DNA from: Elsinoe ampelina
Lineage: Eukaryota
Direction of reading: 5' to 3'
DNA: 64,000 nucleotides
Assembly: GCA_010093995.1 (NCBI GenBank)
Contig: ML992513.1
Location: 124,001 to 188,000, forward strand
Below, one piece after another: positions 56,582 through 64,000 of this stretch; the first letter of the stretch is position 1, and every line of letters begins with the position of its first letter. Position numbers and translations under genes: made by a program. The notes beneath the pieces are model-generated. The model ran no database searches and was not told the DNA's origin. It saw nothing but the letters and a program-made list of their open reading frames with translations.

Positions 56582-59116
56582 ATGCCACACCTGGCAAACC
56601 ATTCGCACTCCTCCACGAGCACTTCCGGAGCCACCGCCAACCTGAACGCAAACGTAAACGTCAACCTCAACGGCTCCTCGCTCAACTCAAATACTCCCGC
56701 CGTCTCGCAGCAACACCAACGACAGTCTACTGCCACTACACCGCCGTTACCACGTGCACAGGACCCATCGCCCGTCCACGCCCAATCCCATCCCCCCCAG
56801 GATTCGAGCGTCATCGATTCCCGAACGGTAGCCGACCCACGACAACGGTTGCTGCACTCGCGCTTCCCATCCCTTAATCGTATTCGCTCTCGCAAAAAGG
56901 TCGAGGACACCTACAATTCGCAGAGAGAAAGAGCTTCCTCCCATTCAGTATCCACTGACGACGGTCTTTCGTCTCCGAGGAGCCCTCAATCGCCCGTCCT
57001 CAGCTTCAACTCCACCACCACCGCTCCAGACACAGACGGCGACAAGGCTTTTGGATCGCTCTCGATAGATTCGCAGCCTTCCAGATCATCTTCCCACCAT
57101 CGTCAGAAGCCTTCCTCCGTCTACTCGTCAGACTCCACCGAGCATCTCCCGAGGCAAGAGAAGGCACCTAGGAGGAGCACCACTACATCCCCCGCGCCGA
57201 CGGGCAATTCAGACGACTGGTCGGAAAAGCCAAAGACACAGCCGAACAAAGCCGTCAACATGCATCAGACATCTTCTCGTCTCCTTCGCATGACGGACGA
57301 CGACCGTCCATTCACAAGAGTGAGTCCACACGACCCCCTTTTCATCTCTATAACCATGCACAATCAGTCATTGGCGGGCAGACGTACTTCGATAGTCCAG
57401 CTCCACCTTTCCATTCCAGTCCACAGGTCCAATTCATCTACATCTACATCTCCCATCCGATCTCAATCCACAACCCCTGTCCTGCACGCAGAGCACAGAC
57501 ATACATTTCCAGTCCTCTTCATCTACACAAACACAGCAAGAGCAGCACTATCCACCACCTCCCGACCTACGTCTGCGCCGGCATACTGATTGACATGCGT
57601 TTACAGGATGACTCCCCGCAGGGAAGGCGGTCCGCTAACATGAAGTCGCAGGACTTTAAGGATCTTTTCTCGACCCTTATGGTCAGTCTGCCATTGACTC
57701 CTCACAGAGTGCGATTCTCCAAGATTGAGCACTCTTTCACAACCGAAGAGGCCATCACAAACCTTGGGTCCCTCAAGTTCTCGCAATCAAATCGCATGCC
57801 AGACCCCAAGGATCCTTCAAGAATCGTGACCACAACCACCACTACCACATTCTCAATGGCAAAGGAGATGGCACGGTCGGTCTGCAACAAGTTTTTGGAA
57901 GCACGCTTTGTCGAGACCTGTGAGGGCAAGGCTGCTTTCGACTCCAGAAATTCCGTCTGGCAGCTTACACCAAAGGGCATGCGTGTTCTCACCAGATTCT
58001 GCTCGAGGAACGGTATTCATCAAAGGCACGTCAACGAGGTGCTTGACTCTCCCCGCAACATGCTGCAAATGGTCATTCTTGAGCGCGACATGGAGACCGA
58101 CAAGCTCAACCACGATCGCTCCACGATTGAGGTCATCTTCAGGCGATTCGCAGGACCAGAGCCTAATGTCAAGGCCTCATCAGCTGCATCAGACACAGAC
58201 TCGCTCAGCGAATACTCTACTGGTCTCGTCGGTGTTCGTGTGCTAAAGTCTGCCAAAACTGAGCTCAAGGACTCACCGTACGTCTTCAATGGCAAGGCTG
58301 CGATCGATTGGCTTGTAGACTGCTGCATGGTGGTTGACCGACGTGAATGCCACGAGATGGCCAATTTATTCATGGCGCACGATCTCATCTCCCAGCTGCG
58401 AGAGGAGCGCAACCCCAACGAGTCCGCACAGAACAGGCGTTTCCAGCCGGTCAAGACTGCGCACTATTCCATCACCGAGCGAGGCATGAAGCTCGCAGGC
58501 TGGACACGCAGCCCTAGCGCATCGATCAACGGTGACCACCTTGGCAAGCTTTCGCAGACGGCTGCCAACTCTCGTGATTCCAACAACAACAGGATGCAGA
58601 TTATTCTCCGCGATCCTGCTCTCCGCCTGCTGTTTAGGGAGTTTCTGCAGGAGACGCATTGCGAGGAGAATCTCACATTCTACGTCGAAGTCAAGATGTT
58701 CCTTGCAGAGTACGCAGTCGCAAAGAGGGCCAACCCACCAAGGCTCGATCTCATCCGCGAGAACTTGGCATCAGCATACAGTGAGTGGAACAGTATCCTC
58801 TCCAGTAGAATACGCTAACATGTGTCCAGGCTTGTACAACGCTTTCCTCGCACCAGGCTCACCTTGCGAGCTCAACATCGATCATAACTTGCGCAACGCT
58901 CTTGCAGGCCGCATGACCCGCGCAGTCGGCGAAGACTCTGAGATGCTCACCAGTCTCGACGAGGTTGCCGTCCTGTTCGATCAGGCACAAACCAGTGTAT
59001 TCAAGCTCATGGCTTCTGACTCTGTACCTAAGTTCTCGAGAGACCCGAAATACGCCACCACTCTCCGTGACCGCAACTTTGAACACCTCCTCACCACCTT
59101 CTCCGGCACTGCGTAA
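56582..59116 (+). CDS. flbA: Regulator of G-protein signalling FlbA/Sst2 (DEP + RGS domains), 3 exons
   Basis: MHQTSSRLLRMTDDDRPFTR|DFKDLFSTL (intron 57320-57651), LKFSQSNRMPDPKDPSRIVTTTTTTTFSMAKEMARS, FLQETHCEENL and LYNAFLAPGSPCELNIDH (intron 58781-58829). Confidence 0.94.
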
Positions 59117-61025
59117 ACGCCAACCCTGGTATCATCAAGATTGGAAACGAGCAAGATACGGCATGAAGGATGCGACACAGATACCCCGTCTTGCCTGTTT
59201 GGGCATTTCTTCGACTTTCGTTCATTGTGTGGATACACTCTGGTCGTTGGATTCAGCAACAACATTTTCCGACACCAGCGGCATAGGGCGACGGCGTTTA
59301 ACATGCATTCGAATTTCTTGATCCCTCACCAGTCTCGTATCTCGCTGTACTCTACCAGCCTGTCAAGATGACGGAAAGCATTATGATTTTTTGGACCCCT
59401 TCAAAGCATGGATACCACTTCTACCACCACCACCATCATACCCCCGACCTTTTACACTCGTACGTGCGCGAATTTGAATTTCATGGGCAAGCAGGCATAC
59501 AGGAGGTGGCGCGGCTACGGGACGTGGGATATTTCGGCGAGAGCACAAGAGACATTACCATTCAAGTTGTTGACTGTTCGCATGCCCTGCGACATGTCGC
59601 TTAGAGGTCTTCTCACGTGTCTGCCTTTTTTTTTGGTAGGAGAGCTAAAGGAGGCACACTGAGTCGATTGAATGTAGACAAAAATCATATCAGAAATCAA
59701 TCACACCACATTCCACCATCCTTGACCAGCCTATCGTGGATCCTACACAATATCACGCACCGCCCTCCCCTTAACCCGTGCCCCTGCCCTCGGCCTCCAC
59801 CGACTCATAAACCCCCGCCGAATCCCCGCCGTGCATGTGCATCAACGGCCCCATCATGCACGCCCTCGCAGAACTACTCACGCCCGCCAAATAAATCTCC
59901 ATCTGCACCTCGCTCGCAGCCCTGCAGAGTGAGGAGTAAAAGCAAGCGCAATGCTTGATGATCCTTCGTCCCCCACCAGCAGGCAATCTGCCACGCCGAT
60001 CCCTGCAGGAGCACGCACACATGCGTATTGCGTCGTCGCCCGCCGTACGCCCGGACAGTGCAGCAGGGTTATTCCCGGACGCCACTGCGTTCATGCGACG
60101 TTACATAAGGAGTGGAGCATTGGATGTGCGTGGGTGCATCGGGGCCATGTGCAGATGGGGGGAGGGACGGGGGGGAAGGGGGGGAGGGGGGGGAAAGTGC
60201 AGTGTCCGATTGGGGGGGAAAGAGCGGCGATGTGCGTGCGCTAGGGACTTGACTGTGCGGTGTGATCTGGCATGGAAGGTCGGTACTTTCGGACATGGGA
60301 AAATGGATAGGCACAAGGGCACAGTGACTAGACGAGGGCATGCGCTTCGCATCTGCTGGGCCTGGCGGCTTGGGGGTTGGATTGATAATTGCCACGCCCC
60401 GTGGCTGACGTGGTTGTTCGAGGACAGTTGCCGACTGGTCGTGATCGGCTTTTGGGCAACTGCTTTGGTGCGGAGAGTATCCATGGAAAGGCGTCAAAGA
60501 GGCCGAGATGCGAGTCAGATGAGACAGAGCATGACTCTGAAAGAGGGCATTGCGGCGAGGGGATTTCTTTGCTGTTTGGGGGGTGAGATCGGCGGTGATG
60601 TGGTGGTTTTCTTGTCAGGGACAGAGAGGGAGATCGAGTAAGTTACCCACGCTGGGAGAGAGATGTTGTGGGCGTGGGGACAGGGCCGGGTGGTGGGCCC
60701 TCGGGGGGGAGGCGGGTGCGGAGCCGAAGCGAATGTTGCCTGGGGAGGTGGAGGGGTCCTTGAGTGTTTATCGACGCGTGCTCGGAGAGGATAACGCGTC
60801 GTCCTGGAAATTTTTTGACTGCCTGACATATGACAGATTCACAGTCTGATCTTACTGTTGTGCGACTGGTATAGCGGCATTGGGTATGGAGTAATTGTAG
60901 TTTGCATCTTCTCTCTTTCATCAAGATACCCAGCAGCGTTAGAACTGCATTGATCTGGCAGGCGCAAACATGGGTGGACCTCCGAATGTAGGTATGTCGC
61001 AGGGAAGGTCAGGATCGCTATTGAC

Positions 61026-62778
61026 ATGTCACAGTCTCAGGCAGTCAGCCTCCCCAGTAATTTACCCTTTCGTCTTGTCTCGAAGACAATAGGCGCCGGA
61101 GCATATGCCTCGTGAGTTTCTCGACCAGCCCACAGCCAGCGAACTTCGCAAGAGATCGGACTGACATGTGACATGCAGGATACGAAAAGCAGTCCCGATC
61201 GGTCGATCAAGCCCCGTCATCGCAGTCAAGTTCATCAACAAGGACCATGCCATGCGCGTTGGCCGACTATCACCTCGCCAGATAGGACTGGAAATCTCCA
61301 TACATGTCGAAGTGAGCAGTGGAAAGGGACACCAGAACATCATCCGCCTGCTGCAGCATGGAGAGGACCCGGCATGGTATTGGATTGCTATGGAGCTTGC
61401 AGAAGGAGGCGACCTGTTCGACAAGATCGAGGCGGACGAGGGTGTTCCGGAAGAGGTGGCACATTTCTACTTCAAGCAGCTGATCGGTGCTGTGGCCTGG
61501 TGCCATTCGAAGGGAGTAGCGCACAGGGATATCAAGCCGGAGAATATGCTTCTCGGGGGTGATGGGGACCTCAAATTAGCTGATTTTGGGCTGGCGACTG
61601 CATACATGGATGTCAGGTCTGGACGGACCAAGACGGTCTCCACTGTCTGCGGATCACCACCATACATTGCCCCTGAGATCATTGCGACAGGACTTGCCAA
61701 CCAGAAGAGGAAGCAGCGTGGTGAGGTGTTTGAGAAGATGGGCTACACTCCAGACAAGACAGACCTTTGGTCGTGCGCCATCGTCCTTTTCGTCCTGCTG
61801 GTGGGCAATACACCGTGGGACAGCCCGATGGCCGACACGTCTGCTGAATACGCCGAGTACCTCTCCACGAATGGCCGACCTAGTGACGAGCTCTGGGACA
61901 ACATACCCAATGAAGCACTCTCGCTCATCCGCGGAATACTTCGCGTCGACCCTTCTGATCGCTTCACTCTGCAGCAAATCACGACACATCCCTGGTTCCT
62001 CAAACCCAATCGCTACATGGATGCGAAGGGCCAAACGACAGACGGCGTCGCGCTCGCCACAACAATGATGGAGCGACTCCGCGTCGACATCGATTCTCCC
62101 CCAACACGCACCAACACCATCACCCAAGCAGACTATGACACACAGTCCTGGTCTCGCGCCTTCCCCAATACCCAACCCGAAACTCCCATCAACGACGCCG
62201 CTTTCGACTGGGAGCCCACCACCACATCCGCGGCCCACTCTGCCTCCCAGCCCACGACAGAAATGGACCTCACCTCCGCAGCCGCCGTGACCGATGCGGC
62301 AGCCCACCTCCTTGAGACCGACATATCTCTCTCCCAGTTCACAAACACACAAGGCCTCCCTCTCACTTTTACGCAGGTGGCGAAGCGCTTCGGTGATATC
62401 GCCCCCCGCGAAGCACTGACAAGATTCTATTCCACCGTCCCGCAGGTCCAGCTACAAGACACGCTGCAATCCATCTTCCTCGAACTCGGGATGGTAGCTA
62501 CGCAACGCCGCAAGCAGGACAAGCAGGCCCAGGAGGTGGAGGCCAGGATATGTCTCTACGTTCAAGGCGTGGATAGCAGGAAGCAGGAATTGAAAGGCCA
62601 TGTTTTGATTGAAGCGGCGATGGGGAGGGGAAGTGGGTTGAGTGAGGTGAGGTTTGTCAAGGCAAAGGGCGATCCGGTCGAGTGGAGGAGAATGTTCAAG
62701 GGAGTGGTGAGGAGGGGGAAGGACGTGGTGTTTGTGCCTAGGGAGGCGGTGGGAAGGGTCGGGTGGAGTCAGGTCTAG
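61026..62778 (+). CDS. CHK1: Checkpoint serine/threonine kinase Chk1, 2 exons
   Basis: Exon 1 MSQSQAVSLPSNLPFRLVSKTIGAGAYA, then intron ~61112-61178. Kinase motifs ELAEGGDLFDKIEAD, HRDIKPEN, DFG and CGSPPYIAPE, an SQ/TQ region, and C-terminal LTRFYS and GDPVEWRRMFK. Confidence 0.92.
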
Positions 62779-63511
62779 GAGGGCTAGGGAGGACGTTCGT
62801 TGGAGGATGCGAACGATATCTCGAAAAGGGAATAAAGCTTAGGCAACTGTCCTAGGCGCCTGTCATGTGGGATTGGCCCTGGCACTTACGACACGAGTCG
62901 GGTCCAAATCCACCTGGTATGGCAGTGGCAATTGGAACGAGTTGAGGACAGGCGCCAGATACGTCTCAGCGAGCCCTGAGAGGAGCAGAAGGGGTCCTAT
63001 ACGAGACATGTTGGGGGAGCCAACGATCTAAGAAAGAGACATCGAGAGCCCACCCTCCATAGGCTATGGCCTCCTTTGTGGCAGGAATTGCATGAGCTGA
63101 GACACTGGATGAGTGAGAGTACATGCAATGGCACTGTCAGGCAGCAAGCAATGTACGATCAATCGTCTGACCCTGCCTCACCCTCTGTAGCGATATAAAT
63201 GATGAATGCTCTCTTTGCAAGAGAGACACGACGCTATATGTACAACCTGCGCCGTGGACAAGTGATCTGACCACACGCAGGCAGCACAAGAATACATTAA
63301 AGCAACACCAAACAGCCAGGCACGAACCATCACACATGGACAATTATTGGTAACAATCGAATCGCTATTCATCCAGGATATCTCATCGCTCGCTCGCTTG
63401 CAAAGAAAAACTCATACAGCTAATAATACATTACACCTTCTTCCCTCTCTCGAGAGCGAGACCGATCCCTCAGCTCCCTTGCCACCCCCCCTTCCACATT
63501 TCTTCGCAAGT

Positions 63512-63919
63512 CTAGTACCTCGCCCCCCTGCCATCAGTACCATGCATCCTCCTCGTCCCCGCGGCCTTGAGCCCGGGGCGCCTAGTCAACGACCCCCTGA
63601 GCTTCATGAGGCCACCGCTGACTTTGTCGCCGATGCTCGGACGACGCTTGTGGTGGTGCGCCGGGGTGGCGGTGGTGGTGCCGTGGGTGCGGTGGGAGCG
63701 ACGGCTGGTCTTGGCCGCGCGGGGGGCCGAGGCGGTGTGGTGGCCGTTGGTGGTGTGGGTTGTGGTGGTGGTGTGGGAGCCGGTGATGGGGTTGTGGGAG
63801 CGCTTGGTGGTGTGGGTTGTGTGGGCTTTGTTGCCGCGGAGGCGTTGCATGAGGGAGGGTTTGGAGTGGGTTGTGCGGGTGGTGGAGGTGGGGGCGGCGG
63901 TGCGGCGGGAGCGGAACAT
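63512..63919 (-). CDS. Small conserved fungal basic Thr/His-rich protein of unknown function
   Basis: 135 aa with the recurring fungal motif RRPSIGDKVSGGLMKLRGSLTRRPGLKAAGTRRMHGTDGRG. Confidence 0.75.
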   Translation of the reverse strand: MFRSRRTAAPTSTTRTTHSKPSLMQRLRGNKAHTTHTTKRSHNPITGSHTTTTTHTTNGHHTASAPRAAKTSRRSHRTHGTTTATPAHHHKRRPSIGDKVSGGLMKLRGSLTRRPGLKAAGTRRMHGTDGRGARY

Positions 63920-64000
63920 TGTGGTGGTTTTTGGTGGTGGGTGAGATTGGGTTGGGTTGGTATGACTTGTGGTTTGGGGAGTGGGCTTTGTCTGGTTTGA

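Noticed and set aside
59617..60924. ORFs between flbA and CHK1 (e.g. 59955-60641, 228 aa)
   Set aside because: Low-complexity, G-run-driven translations with no family signal.
63347..64000. 217-aa Gly/Val-rich plus-strand ORF
   Set aside because: It is the antisense shadow of the real minus-strand gene at 63512-63919.

Overview
Gene-dense DNA from a filamentous ascomycete (Pezizomycotina). It has short GT-AG introns with CTRAC/CTAAC branch sites and two assembly gaps (2331-2385 and 19011-19165). Most genes are recognisable housekeeping genes: partial AHC1-like, TAF13, eIF3f, UTP25, EFM6, AXL2, an Alba-like protein, ARD1/NAA10, ECT1, a p24 protein, SWC4, NDC1, PEP12, flbA and CHK1. A GH3 beta-glucosidase and a FUSC-like membrane protein are also present. 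Four things stand out. (1) Three divergent, intron-free Upf1/DNA2/NAM7-like SF1 helicase paralogs lie side by side (37.9-49.1 kb), and the middle one is broken by a single in-frame TGA. (2) A ~1.9 kb non-coding cassette (18.5-20.3 kb) is bracketed by mutually inverted TCTGG/CCAGA tracts and contains shuffled repeats that look derived from 28S rRNA. (3) A divergent USP-fold gene appears to lack its catalytic Cys. (4) A sharp C-rich to G-rich strand-composition switch recurs a few hundred bp before the stop codon of many genes. All family calls come from motif recognition by eye; no database searches were run.
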